DNA of 63,362 bases, counting the filler, from Reticulomyxa filosa (Eukaryota > Protista > Foraminifera): assembly GCA_000512085.1 (NCBI GenBank). It is 18 parts of 18 records of this genome, joined end to end, with 100 filler letters (N's around TTAATTAATTAA, not from the genome) between each part and the next. Parts side by side here need not be neighbours in the genome. Positions count along the whole stretch, not along the records: positions 12,438 to 18,543 come from ASPP01004737.1; positions 18,644 to 22,155 come from ASPP01006869.1; positions 22,256 to 23,255 come from ASPP01020948.1; positions 23,356 to 30,551 come from ASPP01007275.1; 14 more parts are not named here. One strand, 5' to 3'. Below the pieces are notes generated by a model that saw nothing but the letters and a program-made list of their open reading frames with translations, ran no database searches and was not told where the DNA came from. The position numbers were made by a program, and so were the translations under genes. Within the stretch, counting starts at the first letter, position 1, and each line of letters opens with the position of its first letter. This document shows positions 12,438 to 25,772 of this stretch, piece by piece.

Positions 12438-15400
12438 CAAACACAAACACAAACACCAAATCAGATTCAAACTCAAACTCAACTTGAAATGCAAACACAA
12501 ATGAAACATAATGTGATCGCCGAAAAGTCACAAGTGCCAATAATGGCAAAGATTCGTCCATTTGGAGTAAAGGCGATGGTAAGAATCTTTCGATATTTGA
12601 CGCACTTGATTAATCCAAACATTGCCGAAAACACGACAGAAATTCGAGAATTTGGTCTGCGCTTGATTAATGTCGCATTAGAAACAAGCGGACGCTTTTT
12701 GAATAAGCACAATGAACTGATTGCAATAATCCAAGATGATTTGTGTCGTCATTTGTTAATCAATTCGCAAAGTCAGCACTTTGGAATATTGTCATTGACA
12801 TTGCGTGTGATCTTTGACTTGTTCAACGCGGTGAAAGAGGTGATTCGAGTGCAATTGGAGGTCTTCTTCATCAGCGTCCATTTGCGAATTGCGGAATCGT
12901 CGCAGTCTTCCTTTGAACAAAAAGAGTTGGTATTGGAAAGTATCGTGGAATTCTGTCGTGAGCCCGATTTGATCGTGGGATTATACACCAATTACGATTG
13001 CCAAGTTGGATGTACGCATTTGTTCGAAGATTTATGCAAGTTCTTGGCCCATCAGGCGATGCCCGGAGACAACTGCGAGGTCGATGACCTGAATGACTTG
13101 CACTTTATCGCTGCAGAGGGTATTTTGGCCATCATCGATTGCATCTGTCGCAAATTTTGCACTCCGTCGCCAATGTCCTATCTCAAAAAGAGTCAAAGCA
13201 GCGGCAGTAGTACCAGCTCCATCTCGTGTGGAGAAGTCGAAATGATCCTTCCACCACCATTAATCGTAGGACTGTCTGACGGGGACCACTTTTTGGACGG
13301 ATCTCCCGAGTCCAAAAGAGCCGTCGAAGACGAAATTGAAGAAATACGTCGACAACAACAGAAAAAGAGACGTTTAAAATTGGCCGCAAATCATTTCAAT
13401 TCCAAGGGACATCACGCCTTTGAGTATTTACAACAAATTGGTACGTTGCAACAGCCTCTTTCCGCGCAAAATGTCAGTGAATTTTTTCACAGCAATCCGT
13501 ATTTGGATAAAACACAAATTGGTCTATTTTTGGGAAGTGAAAAGAAATTCCACCAAGAAGTCTTGCAGTATTATACACAGAAATTCGATTTTCGCAACAT
13601 GTCCATTGACGAAGCACTGCGTTTATTTTTGGAGTCCTTTGTATTGCACGCAGAATCACAACAAGTAGCGAGGATCATTGAGACGTTTAGCAATAAATAC
13701 TTTGAAGAACAGCCCAAGGAAAGTCCAATTCGCAACAAGGACGCCGCCTTTATAATGGCCTTTTCCATTGTTCAGTTACACACTGACGCTCACAGTCCGC
13801 AAGTGAGGGTTAAAATGTCTTTGGAAAGCTACAAGAAAAATATTCGCGGATTGAACGCAGGGGAAGACTTTCCGCCCAAATTCATGAAAAAATTTATCAT
13901 AACATCACGTCCAATGAAATCAAAACCAGAAGTGGTGATTTTCGAGATATTTTCACATTTGGCAGCGATCTGTATGTCGATTATCCTCATGACCACGATC
14001 ATGTCAACAGTCATCCGGATCACAACACGGAAAGTGCAAAGAGCGGGGTTGTCGGCTCTGACAACGTCCCGACCGAGTCCGATAAATGGGGAGGTGACAG
14101 TGGCAGCGAATATGAATACAGTCTGTCCGGCAGCAATGACAGCTTTTTTATGGAAACATCCGCCAGTAACACAGGCGCAAGGAGTGGCAGTTCGGTCGGT
14201 GTTGGTACTGGATTTGACGTGAAACGAAGCGAATGGAAACACGTATTGAAAAAATCACGCACAAGTGGAAAGTTTAAAACCATTGCTTTGCATAGCAATG
14301 GCATGGAAATGTTTTCCATTTTGTGGGAACGCGCTTTGAAAATATTAGAATTTCATCTGCAGCATGCTGGACATCCCAAGGTCTTGGAACGAGTATCTCA
14401 AGGCTTCAAGACTCTCACACAAATTGCACATTGTTATCAGATTCGAAGCGCCTTCAATGCAATTGTTCATAGCATTTGTAAGAATCTAATGATCCATTTG
14501 CATCAATGTGCAGAAGACTGGCAACACGAAACCAGATCACTGTCTATTCAACCCATTGGCGAACGAATTGCATTTGTGTTAAAATTATTTTTCGACTCCG
14601 TGCACAGTCATGGAGGATTGCTACTTACAGACGGATGGGCCTCTGTAATGAATGTGATATTATGGCTGTTGCAACTGGACTTAATACCTGTGCAATTATT
14701 TGAATTGGATGATTTCACAGACAGCAAATTTGAACCTTTGCCATCGATTCGAGATCCACCATTATCTGAAAGTGATCAAAATGAGCCGGATGGAGTTTGG
14801 ACAAATTGGTTGTCATCTGCTTGGAATTCCTTTTTTTCATTTGATTCAAAACAAGAATTGATGGAAAGTAATGCAAGAAACTCGTCTTCTCTTATCTTAA
14901 AAACCCCAGCTTTGGATGTTCTGCACTCCACTGAAAAACATTCCAGTGCAAATCTGTCCAATAAAGACTTGGCCACTCGAACAGAGATCTCTTCCACAAA
15001 TCAACTTCACAAAAACGAAGTCATGGTAATACAACATGCACACAACTCTCAATGGCAAGTTGTCTGTGATCAAGTAATCCAATGTGAATTATCCAAAGTC
15101 TTTGGTGCGTCGAGATTTTATCATTTAAATACGTTGTTATCGCTTATACGGACGTTAATCAATTTATCCCCCAGCTCAATAGAACAAATAAGCACACAAT
15201 CCCATCTTGTCAATGTCGCTAATGACAATAAACAGCCCGTTTCATCCACACAAGTGTGGGTCTTTTGTCCTCCCGAAGCGATGCAAAAAGACAATGAACT
15301 GTGGTCTGACGAGATAAATGAAAAAACAGAAGAAGAAAAATTGGAAGACAAACACACTCAAAAAGAAGAAAAAGAACAACACGTTAACAAGGATGTCATT

Positions 15401-16999
15401 TGCTTGCCATTGTCACTCGAAATGAAAACATTTTGCTTGGAAAGATTGGGACAAGTTGTATTGGCCAATATGGATCGACTGATGGATATCTGGATACCTG
15501 TTTCCCAACACTATCAAAATCTATTGCGAAGCTACCAAACCAATAAAGGTGCCACTGATGACAGAGATTTTAAAAAATCAAATTTGCATCACAATCACGT
15601 TCCTGACTTTATGTTTGAGAGAGTCATTGTACACGTGATGAAGCTGTGTTCTTATTTATCAGACATACCCGACCCAAAGATTCGCAGCGAAATTACCATA
15701 TTCTTGCATTTGATATGGTGTTTGGATGATGCCTATTTGTTTGCAGTGGGACGACGAGTAATTGCTGGATTGGTGTTATTGCTATCAGTAGAACGCTTGT
15801 CTATTCTAGAAGACGATGACGAATATGGCACAACTGAGTCCAAAAAAGAAGAACATATCCCAGCTGAACATCAAAATCTTCATTTTGAGACCGAAGACAA
15901 ACGCGAAGTAACTGAACAACGCAAACATCGTAAATCATTTCGCTGCATTGTCACCGAAAATGACTGGGCAATTGTATTACGACTCTTAAAAAGATTTGCG
16001 TCTTGTGACCAAGACAAACAGTGCTGTTTGGAAGCATTCCAATTAGTGGAAACAATTAGTAAGGAACATGAAAAAGAAGTCCACTTCGTTTTGTTGTTGG
16101 AAGTGTTGCTGTCCTTTGCACGAAGTGAAAGTGATGCGGCTGTGCATTGTAAGCGCGTGATCGACGTCATTTATGTGTTACATAATGACATTGCCAATTT
16201 TACAGACATGTCACCTCAGAAATTAAATATGATGTGGTACAAAACTTTGCACGCAATATCCAATTTTGGCACAAATGTCGATTATCAAACTCGGAGATAT
16301 GCCATAAATTGTTTACAAGTTGACTTTATTCAACTTTGGCTCTGAAAGGGTAGTCCAATCCACTTTTGTTTTTTTTTTTGTTGTTGATTGTATTATCTAT
16401 GGATTCTTTAGAAGGCATTAATTTCGCAACCTGTGGAAATTCCTAACTTCATTGAATCTGAATCAGGTGAGCAACTAAAATTAGTATTTGAACACGTATT
16501 ACTGCCTCTTCTCTTGCCTGTGACCAAACAAGAAAGTAGCCGACTTCATCGTACCAACGATCCACGGATTTCTCCCGCTGCCATGGAAATCAACAATGGT
16601 ATATGCATTGTATCTATGAACATTTTGCAACATTTGTAGTATATTGTATGTATATTTTTTGTCTTTGCTTATACAGTCGATCTACGCATGACATTGTTAA
16701 CAATTATCTTTCATATTTTTAATCATAAATTGGATGCGCTGGCTGAATTGAAGAATTTTCATCAATTTTGGTACAATTTCTTAAAGATCATTAAACAATT
16801 TTTGCTGCTCAATGTCGATAATGACTCAATAGTGACCCATTGCATGGAATGGTTGAAAAATTCGATATTGGTAGTGAAAACAAATAAGATAATGGAAAAA
16901 GTTAGTCAAACGACTGGTGAAGATGTCTGGACAAAGACATGGGACATTCTAGCAGAAGTATCACCCTCATTGCAACAACAAATGGACGATAGCAATTGA
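12438..16999 (+). CDS. GBF1: GBF1/GNOM-type large Sec7 Arf-GEF, 5'-truncated, frameshift near 13890, two 3' introns
   Basis: HUS region IIQDDLCRHL...QLEVFF...LYTNYDC...LFEDLCKFL and Sec7 core LDKTQIGLFLG...IDEALRLFLESFVLHAESQQVARIIETF...LHTDAHSPQV. Adding one base at the A-run restores IYHNITSNEIK and joins ORF 14150..16345. Confidence 0.88.
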
Positions 17000-17949
17000 T
17001 TTCTTTCTTTTCATTTTTTCAAAAAAAACGTTTTCAATATCATTTTGTTAATTTAATCATCAATCTTATAATTCGAAATCAAAAACTACGAATTTTGCTA
17101 TCACAACAGTTCAAGATGAACAGACTTTTTTACTTTGCGTCTGATCTCAAATTTATTTATAACTTTTTATAAACGTAATTTCATAATTTGTTTTGTTGAA
17201 GTTGGATATACTCTGTTGTGAGATTGGCTTTCTTAGTGTTGTCTGCTTTAGGGAAGGTACTATTTTTCTACAACAACAAATTCATTTCGATCAATAAGCT
17301 TTCTGTCTCGGATGCAAATAAAAAATTTCATTATGACAAAGATTAAAGTAGATACTTTTTCTTTCGCTTAAACAGTACTTGTGCACTTCCATGAAACAAT
17401 ACACAAACAATTGAAAGAATTTTATGAAGACCAAGAAGAAAATAATGCTGATGAAACAAGGAAGCAGAGAAACCAATTTTGATCAAAAATTGACAAGAAA
17501 ACGCAATGACAATATTACTGTGCAACGTCGTAATAAATTAGAAATTAAATTGACAAGAAAATATAAGCACATTCGTTGTCAATAAGTTGGAGGACAGCAT
17601 TGTCTATTTTAATGTTGGAACTCACCAAAAAGAACTGAAGCAATTATTGAATACTTCAATAAGAATATTCCAAAAGATAGTGATGAATTGTAACAAAATG
17701 TAATGTGTCTTAAAAAACGTACAATAATACAAGTAAAAAAAGTAAAACTATATACATAAATACAAATAAAATGTTTTTTGAAAAATTTTAAAAAGAAAAC
17801 CAAAAGGGCTTTGTTGAAAAAGAAATTCACTTACAGTTGCTGCGATGAACTTTAAAGCTCTTTGAAAACTTTGACCCTTGTTTCAGGTTCAAATATCTTC
17901 TTTCAAATAATCAAATTCCTCAGGTTCAGTATCTTAAATTTGAAATGAT

Positions 17950-18540
17950 GCAACAATAACATGTTTTTCTAATTTCCTGATGTGAGGAAAGAATTCAATC
18001 ACACTTTACATGTAATGGTTCGACAAAAATACATTCGTTCATGCAACTCCAATATATTCAAAACAATTTTTTCAAGTGATTACGCTTCAATCAGATTGTG
18101 TAAATATCATTTAGGGCATTTGTGTGGTCCATTTCATTTACTTCATTATCAAATGTCAATTCATTATAATGTGAAAAACGGATTCAATATATGGAAATTC
18201 AGGAATGGCGCTGATTTGTCTGGTCTACTAAACAATTTAGGTTGACCGAATTCTGCTAGGAATCTTGCTTTCTTTACCACTGCATATGCTCTTTCGTTTC
18301 CAGGAATACTATATTGTCCTTTGATCCAGAAATATTTCTTACAAGCACTTTAATCAATCTTTGACATTCTGCAATCGGGAAGTTATAATTTTCTGAGTTG
18401 CATTTGTCGTGACAGCAAATTTACAATAAGAAAGAATTAAAACTATGTCATTTTTGTACTGGCTATGAACCTTTTCCAATGATTGTCGAATTGCTTCATT
18501 TTAATGTAATAGATTGTAATTGATTTAGACATTGGATGAC
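17950..18540 (-). mobile_element. Decayed non-LTR retrotransposon fragment (RNase H region)
   Basis: Minus strand at about 18262-18335 reads FWIKGQYSIPGNERAYAVVKKAR, matching the RNase H motif WxKGHxGIxGNExADxxAK. EAIRQSL lies upstream. Many stops and frameshifts. Confidence 0.7.
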
Positions 18541-18699
18541 CAANNNNNNNNNNNNNNNNNNNNNNNNNNNNNNNNNNNNNNNNNNNNTTAATTAATTAAN
18601 NNNNNNNNNNNNNNNNNNNNNNNNNNNNNNNNNNNNNNNNNNNATTTGATATGTAATCCCTTTTTTTTTTTTTTTTTTTTTTTTAATTAATCGTAAAAT

Positions 18700-19071
18700 A
18701 TGACCGAGAGACACCGGTTATTTAACAAGTCCCAAATGACTACTCCTCCTCCTCCCACATTGTCCTTCTCATCGAAACTGAAAAAAAGACTTTGAACCAC
18801 GCACCTGCGCGTTTGATTTGGGAAAACAATTTTGCGGACCCTTGGACACAGCAAAATCTTGCAGTTACGTTCACTTTTTCGCAGACGTCATGAAACAAAA
18901 AGTCGTGGATGGTCGACAACTCCAGCGCCTTCAAATCAGCTTCGCGGGTTGTGTTCTCTCTGGGCAAGTCGTGAACCACTGCAATTTTGGCCGAGCTGCT
19001 TTTGGGAGTGACCCACGTGAATGCGTTCAAGCCAGAACTTTTTTTGTGTGGTGATAGCTTGATAACTTTTG

Positions 19072-19119
<48 letters not shown>

Positions 19120-20043
19120 GTCATGTCCAGGCTTCGAAACATTTGCAAGCATAGTCTGGAACTCTTTCTTGTCAATTGTCTTGTAATCAGTTTCGGGACT
19201 GTATTTCGTATTTTCAACTTTCTTTTCTTCGTGCAAGGTATTTGCTTCAGCTCCCAGTTGCGAGGAACTGCTGGGCTTGACCATACGCCCGCTTTCGTAA
19301 TTTACTTCTTCCAAAATGTACGGATCCGCGACGAGTACAACTGTCACATCAACGTTTGGATGTCAAAAAAAAAAAAATTCTCAAGTAGATAACGTTTTTT
19401 GTTGACAACATTTTTTAATTCGTCGTTGTATATTCGTCTCCCCTTTCGTACTACTCAAGAACTAATTAAAAAAAAAAAAAAAAAAAAGTTACAACAATAT
19501 TAAGTTTTAATAATACATACTTATATCATACAGCTTTGCGGGGTAAATGGCCACACGGCGATATTGCTTTAACACTTGCGCTTGGGTGGTGAAATAGTGA
19601 ACTGATCTTCGTCTGGGTGTGGTCACAGTTGCAATTGCGGCCGTAGCTGCCGTTGTTGTGGAGGGCGCGATTATAGGTATACTTGCTATTGCTGTCGTAG
19701 TGGCTGGGGCTGCATTCATAGTTGCCATTGTATTGGAGGGAGGCTCTTGATTCGTCAAGCAACGCTGATTGCTGCTACGAGAGGAAAATGAGTTGATAGG
19801 TACATGAGATGGGTTTTGCTTCATTCTTTCTTTTTCCAAAGCATTCACGTTCACAAATCCTATCAAATCTCCATATAACACATTTGGAGGCACTTCTTTT
19901 TCGTCTTCACTGTCTCCCAAATCACTATCACTGAAGCCGTACTCAAATTCCGTTTGCTCCATACCCTTTTTTTCCTCTGTTTTGTTTTCTATGATCAACG
20001 GTCCATTTTTATATTCAGTCTCAATCTTTTCTGAATCTGACAT
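18700..20043 (-). CDS. Hypothetical multi-exon protein with Thr/Ala-rich and poly-Asn tracts
   Basis: ORFs 19507..20091, 19027..19347 and 18740..19030 are separated by GT-AG introns and a probable frameshift. No family recognised. Confidence 0.5.
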
Positions 20044-21019
20044 GATCAAAGCAGCTTTCTTTTGAAAGCGACAAAATTTAGTCGTTAACAAAATAGAAAA
20101 TTAAAAAAATGTTCTTTTTTTTTAGACAAAAAAGTGTGTACATCTTCTTGAGTGATAATATCTTCTCATTTTGATTTGGCTGTGAACGCAACCACAAAAA
20201 GACATAAATTGGTTTTACATTTTGTGGTGATGTCTCACAACTTTTTTTGTAATTTGATATCACTTAAAAAAAAATGAAACATGAAGACTAATCTTTTTGG
20301 AGAATTTGTTAAAATTAATATACTTCAATTTATAATTTTTATTAGAAATTTTATTTAAATAGTAGCTTAAGTCGAATGTAACTGTTAACAATCAGACAAA
20401 AAATTTGAAAATATTTCAGGCCGTCTGTTTATAATTATGATTAACATCATGAGAAAAGTCAGACAGGGACGTAGAGGTCCTTTTTCGTCAACCTTTACTT
20501 GCTTTTCTCAAACTTTCTCTCATTCTCTTGTTTTTGTGATTTTTTCTTCCATTTAATTCAAATTCATTTTTTGTGTAGATTTTCCAGAAAGGACACTTTC
20601 GTATTACACTTTACTTGAGTGACTGTCCCGTGCTCTTATACTCGCCCAAGAAGTAATTACTTATATTCATCAATTCACTTTTATAGCTTAAAATACAGGC
20701 AATGCAAAAATAAATTTTAATTTGCTTAAATTATTTTTGTGATTCATAATTGTATTTTTACCTGCTTATTCAATCTAATAAGTCAAAGATAATGGTGAAA
20801 TTATGTAGAAGTTCAAAAAAGTTTGTAACAATATGAAACATAAAGTCAACAACAGAATCTGGGGATTATCATGTTGGAGTTGTAATGGTATTCTTACATA
20901 TATCTGTCAAAAACTGTTTTAAGCTTTGCACTGCTGTCCACTCTGTTCAGAAAACTTTAAAAAAAGGAAAAGCTCATTGAAACTGAACCTTGTGCAGCCT
21001 TCACATTCCAAGGAATTCC

Positions 21020-21339
21020 ATGCAAAGAATTGGTGCTAGTTTTCGTGGTCTAACCCGTCAATTATCGTCGGCTAATCGGCTGTCTGGCTATGGTTCCCAA
21101 TTTACAACAAGCGCTCGTGTAATGTCGAGCTTTGTTGCTCGCACACCGCTGACAAAAACCCTTGTGCAAGAACACACCCAAACAAATGCAGCAAACTTTT
21201 CTATTTGGTATGCGGCTGTCTTTATTTTGTACCATTGGAGTTTAATCGATCAAAAAACAATTAACTCCATAAAATAGCTTGCTGGTGACCATGGAAGAAG
21301 GCGCGCATTTGGCGAATGTGAGCATGCCTGCACTCTCAG
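21020..21339 (+). CDS. Short gene or 5' exons with a mitochondrial presequence-like N-terminus
   Basis: MQRIGASFRGLTRQLSSANRLSG... is R/S-rich and acid-free. Intron 21208-21277; second exon CLLVTMEEGAHLANVSMPALS. Confidence 0.4.
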
Positions 21340-22255
21340 GTAGATTTTTTGTCATCCTCTCTGTGTAGATTTTGCCACAAATAGAACAAGATCAACTATT
21401 TTCCAATTTTTTTTGTTGATGACCTATGTACATGAAATTTCTCGTTTTGTATTCGAAATTTCTGTCAAATTCGTGTCCACTTTTTCTTTACCTGTACTAA
21501 TCAAACATTAATTTTACTCGATGATTGTGTTGAATTGTTGTTCTAGAAGAAGAAGAAGAAAAAGGTTTGTAATATTCAAATTTATTATTTTTTTTCTTTC
21601 TATTAGTTACAGCACAAATAATTAAACAACAGGAGTCTGTTCCCAAACCAAGAACGCAAATTCCGCTAAACTTATGATTCAAGTGACTAATTAAATCTGA
21701 AGAAGCATTTATACACGCACTCCCCCCCCCCCAAAAAAATTAAAGGCAATAAGCAACTCAAAACATAATGAGAGTGCAAGGAATACCTCTTTGATCTCTT
21801 ACTGTTGGAGTTGGGTCAACACAACAAATCACTTCAATGTGGCTTTGGTGAAAACTCGAAAACAGCATAAAGATCATAGTGTTATCTAATCTAGTTGCTT
21901 TTCTCCTCCAAAAAAGATTACTTTATTTCTTTGAAGGGAATGTTTTTGCTGTATTATACTAACATTATTTTTGAAAAGTCATTTGAAAATGTTCAGATGC
22001 TGAAAAAATTTGGTTTAAACGAACTTGATAAGGCATTCTCCGCTGTTTATTGAATCAATAATCTTTACACCAAAAAATTTCACATTTTAACCACGATTAA
22101 ACCTACTCACAGAAAAAACTGTAACAAAGTTCGAAATATTGGATCTTACCTTAAGNNNNNNNNNNNNNNNNNNNNNNNNNNNNNNNNNNNNNNNNNNNNT
22201 TAATTAATTAANNNNNNNNNNNNNNNNNNNNNNNNNNNNNNNNNNNNNNNNNNNN

Positions 22256-22296
<41 letters not shown>

Positions 22297-22297
22297 G

Positions 22298-23190
22298 TAA
22301 CGTATGCAAGATGAATTCGAACGCAAACTTTTCATACTCTTTCAATCGGATAGAGTAATTCGCAACAGCTCTCGATTGTTTTGCAGGGAATTTGGCACGA
22401 TGTTTGCTTGCAAAGACAATATCGGTGCCATGACGTTTTTTGTTCCAATACAATTCTAATATTTTACAACATAACATACATAACATATATAATACATATA
22501 TATGTACATACATATATATATATATATATGTATGTCAACCAGCTGTTCTTTCAAATGAAATCAAACGAAACTGAGTTGTTTTGTCGTGACAGGCGTAATG
22601 TCGGAATATGGACCCCAGCCACTTTGGTTTTGAGCACGAATGCGGATGTAATACTTGGTTTTGCAATTGAGCTTTTTGATTTTGTATGAGTTGTCTTTGC
22701 TCTCTTTGATCTTTTTTACTTTCCATTTGAACTTGTCCGGGTCGATACCGAGTGGGTCGTCCGCCTTTTCGTCTCCGCTCTCTGACTCGCTTTCATTGTC
22801 GCTCTCGCTTTCGCTGTCCTCCGATTCATCGCTATCGTCGGAATCGTCCTTTTTTCGCTTCGACTTTTTCGAGCTCTTCTTGCTCTTGCTCTTGTTCTTG
22901 CTCTTACTTTTTGCACTCGCATAGCAAACTTCATACGCTTCTACCACCGCCTTGCCTACGTCCTCTTTCCACTCCACCTTTTCGCATGCCATTCGGTCAC
23001 AATAGCATCATAAAAAGACATCACTGCATGTTTCATCGAGCATGTACTAAACAAATAAACAAACAAACAAAAAGCTTAGAGTGTCCACAAATTGCATACT
23101 TCAATTGACTCAAAAGTGATATCCACCACTTTGAGTTTAGGAGGAGGAGGGACGTCGCATCCGTGAACGAGAAATGAATCCAAAAACTGT
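22298..23190 (-). CDS. Fibronectin type III domain protein fragment, internal exons
   Basis: PPPPKLKVVDITFES...VEW...YKIKKLNCKTKYYIRIRAQNQSGWGPYS, spliced to KLYWNKKRHGTDIVF (possibly SPRY-like). Confidence 0.75.
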
Positions 23191-23475
23191 ACCATTTAAA
23201 ACAGGCAAAACAAAAAAAAAAAAAAGAGATTTTTTTTTTTTTTTTTTTTTTTTTTNNNNNNNNNNNNNNNNNNNNNNNNNNNNNNNNNNNNNNNNNNNNT
23301 TAATTAATTAANNNNNNNNNNNNNNNNNNNNNNNNNNNNNNNNNNNNNNNNNNNNTATATGTGTGTATATATTTATGTAAGTTTTATATACATTTATATA
23401 TTTATCTATATTTATTCATTTATATTTGTTTATTTATGTTTGTGTTTGTGTGTACGTATTCGAAATGTATTGAGT

Positions 23476-24640
23476 AGCCCGGCGCCACGTAAACGCCCTC
23501 CAGCTGCGACTAAGGGTTCACCTCAACGACGCGCACGTACTCCGGCTGGTCGACGCTCTAGTATTTCGCCAGCGGAAAACGATGGCACATATACTCTGAA
23601 AGAGGAAAACAGCTCTCACTCTTCTTCCAAGGGCTCCAATGCTCGTGCGGCTGCTCAACCGTTGGCTAAATTGCCAAGTCCGCGAGGACGTTCTGGAAGT
23701 GTCACAGCTGCAGCTGTACCCTCACCTCGGTTTAAGCCTCGAGACGCCAAGCATAACAACACCAGCAGCACTCCGTCCTTCAATAATCCCGTTCGTGGAC
23801 TGGCCAAGGTCAAGTCTGCTGCTCAAGCAATGACTTCCATTAGCGAGGAGAATGAAAAATATGAACCAAAGACCACCAAAAACCAAAAAAAAATGCGGGA
23901 AACGGTTATTCCGGTTGTCCCTGGCAACAACAAAAAAGTGAATCCCATCAGAGTTCCACCAAAGCTTGCTCGTCCAAGGAAACAAAGTCGAAGTCAGGCG
24001 AGCACTCCCGTCAACCTTCGGGACAAAGCTTTGCGCTCAAAAGATCAAAAGAGTGTTCCCAGCGCCATTGAAACCGATGCTTTAGATTTAAACCCATCTC
24101 GGGCCGATATCATCTTGCTTACACCCACAGAAAACACGGAAATGCACGAAATTGAACAGGAAGATGAACGACCGACACAAACAAATGCAATTACCACTAT
24201 TGTGGAAACACCAAAACATTTAGAGTTGGCGGTTGACAAGCCCAATGACACCAGAGAGCTGGGATTGGGTATGTTCAAACATAACATTTGCAAATAAGTT
24301 GCGCAAATACGAAATGTTTTTTCATACAGCCCCGAAGAAAGAATCACATTTGATGTACATGGATAATGAAGTAAGGGGGCGTACCTTTGCAGAAGGTCAG
24401 GAAAAGGAAAAAGAACCTTTAAGCAAAATATTGCCAAGTACCAAGAGCGTCACAAAAGATATATCTTATCCAGAGTTGTACTATAACTACGGCTTGTTCT
24501 GCGCCGAATACCTCAAAGACTTGAAAAAAGCAAAGCTTTATGTGTCCAAATATTTGAAATACAGACCCTCTGATAGCAATGCTCTTTTGTTGCTCCGTGA
24601 TATTGAACAACATTTATCAGCTAGTCAAATACACAAGTAA
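23476..24640 (+). CDS. 3' exon of a protein with a disordered basic region and C-terminal TPR-like helices, frameshift near 24293
   Basis: ELYYNYGLFCAEYLKDLKKAKLYVSKYLKYRPSD is TPR-like. Removing one A at tgcaaataag joins the two ORFs. Confidence 0.55.
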
Positions 24641-25772
24641 TGAAAAAATAAGTAGCATTGTTTTTTTCAAAGTGTACTTTTGTGAAAAAAATACGCTTCA
24701 TTTTCGATAAGTTCGTTGTTATAGTCTGTGCAAAATTCAAAGTTCCTCTTGCAAGTTAATTCGGTAAATACAGTTCGCAATGCCAAAAGGGAAAGTTTAA
24801 AAACGAAAATTGTCATTTACTGTTCATCAAACAGTAGCCAGTCATTTTCTGATTGTGCATCAAATTTGACAACGTCTATTTAGAGGACAATCCAAAATAG
24901 TACATGTCTGCAAGTAAAAGAAATACCTTATAACCAACCAATGAAGTCAATGTTTACGTCTTTTGTAAAAATTGGTTACATAATAAAAAAATAGGAACTA
25001 AGAAATACTTACCTATCAAGCAAAAATATGATTATAGTAATTAATAGATAAATTATTTTTGCTTGTTTTTTAAATGTATATATTTTATTATAGTCGTGAT
25101 ATATTTGCTTTGCAAAAAAGTGATCAATACATTATACTTTAGCACACAAAGAATTTTAAAAAGTAAATCTAAAAAATATGATATGGTTAGACTAACTCAG
25201 CAACAAAGAAACAGACACTATATTTAATATCATATTATCAAAAAAAACAAACAAAAAATTTCAAAGTTTATTAAAAAATTAAAAATAAAAAAAGCTAAAA
25301 ACAATTTAATAACTTTTAAATTGATCATTATTATAAACGACAATATTCCAAAAAAATAATTACAGAAACACAGATCAAAACTTGTAAGAAAAAATCAATT
25401 AAAAGGAAAACTTTTTGAAGTACAGAAAAATACCAGATAAGATTCACGATTTGCAAGAAATTGCATTAAACAAAAAATAGCAGACACGAGGTAACTGACT
25501 CTTATAATTTACAACTTTTGTTGTCAATATACTGATTGTATTCCTTAATAAAGATAATCTATCTTTTCAAATGCTTGCACAAATATTCTCACTGGAAAGT
25601 GTAATGCCTTTTTTGTCTTCTCAAAAAAAATGACTACGTATTTTTTGCTAACAGATAATTAATAATAGCTAAACACATTTTTTTGTATATAAAAAGGCAA
25701 CAAAGGCCTAACTCAGTACTTTTTCTAGCCCCTTTCAGCAACATTCAAAAAAAAAATTGATATACCTTTCAG

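Noticed and set aside
22561-22563. Premature TGA after the FN3 domain
   Set aside because: It falls inside an intron; a GT donor just before it splices in frame to LYWNKKRHG.
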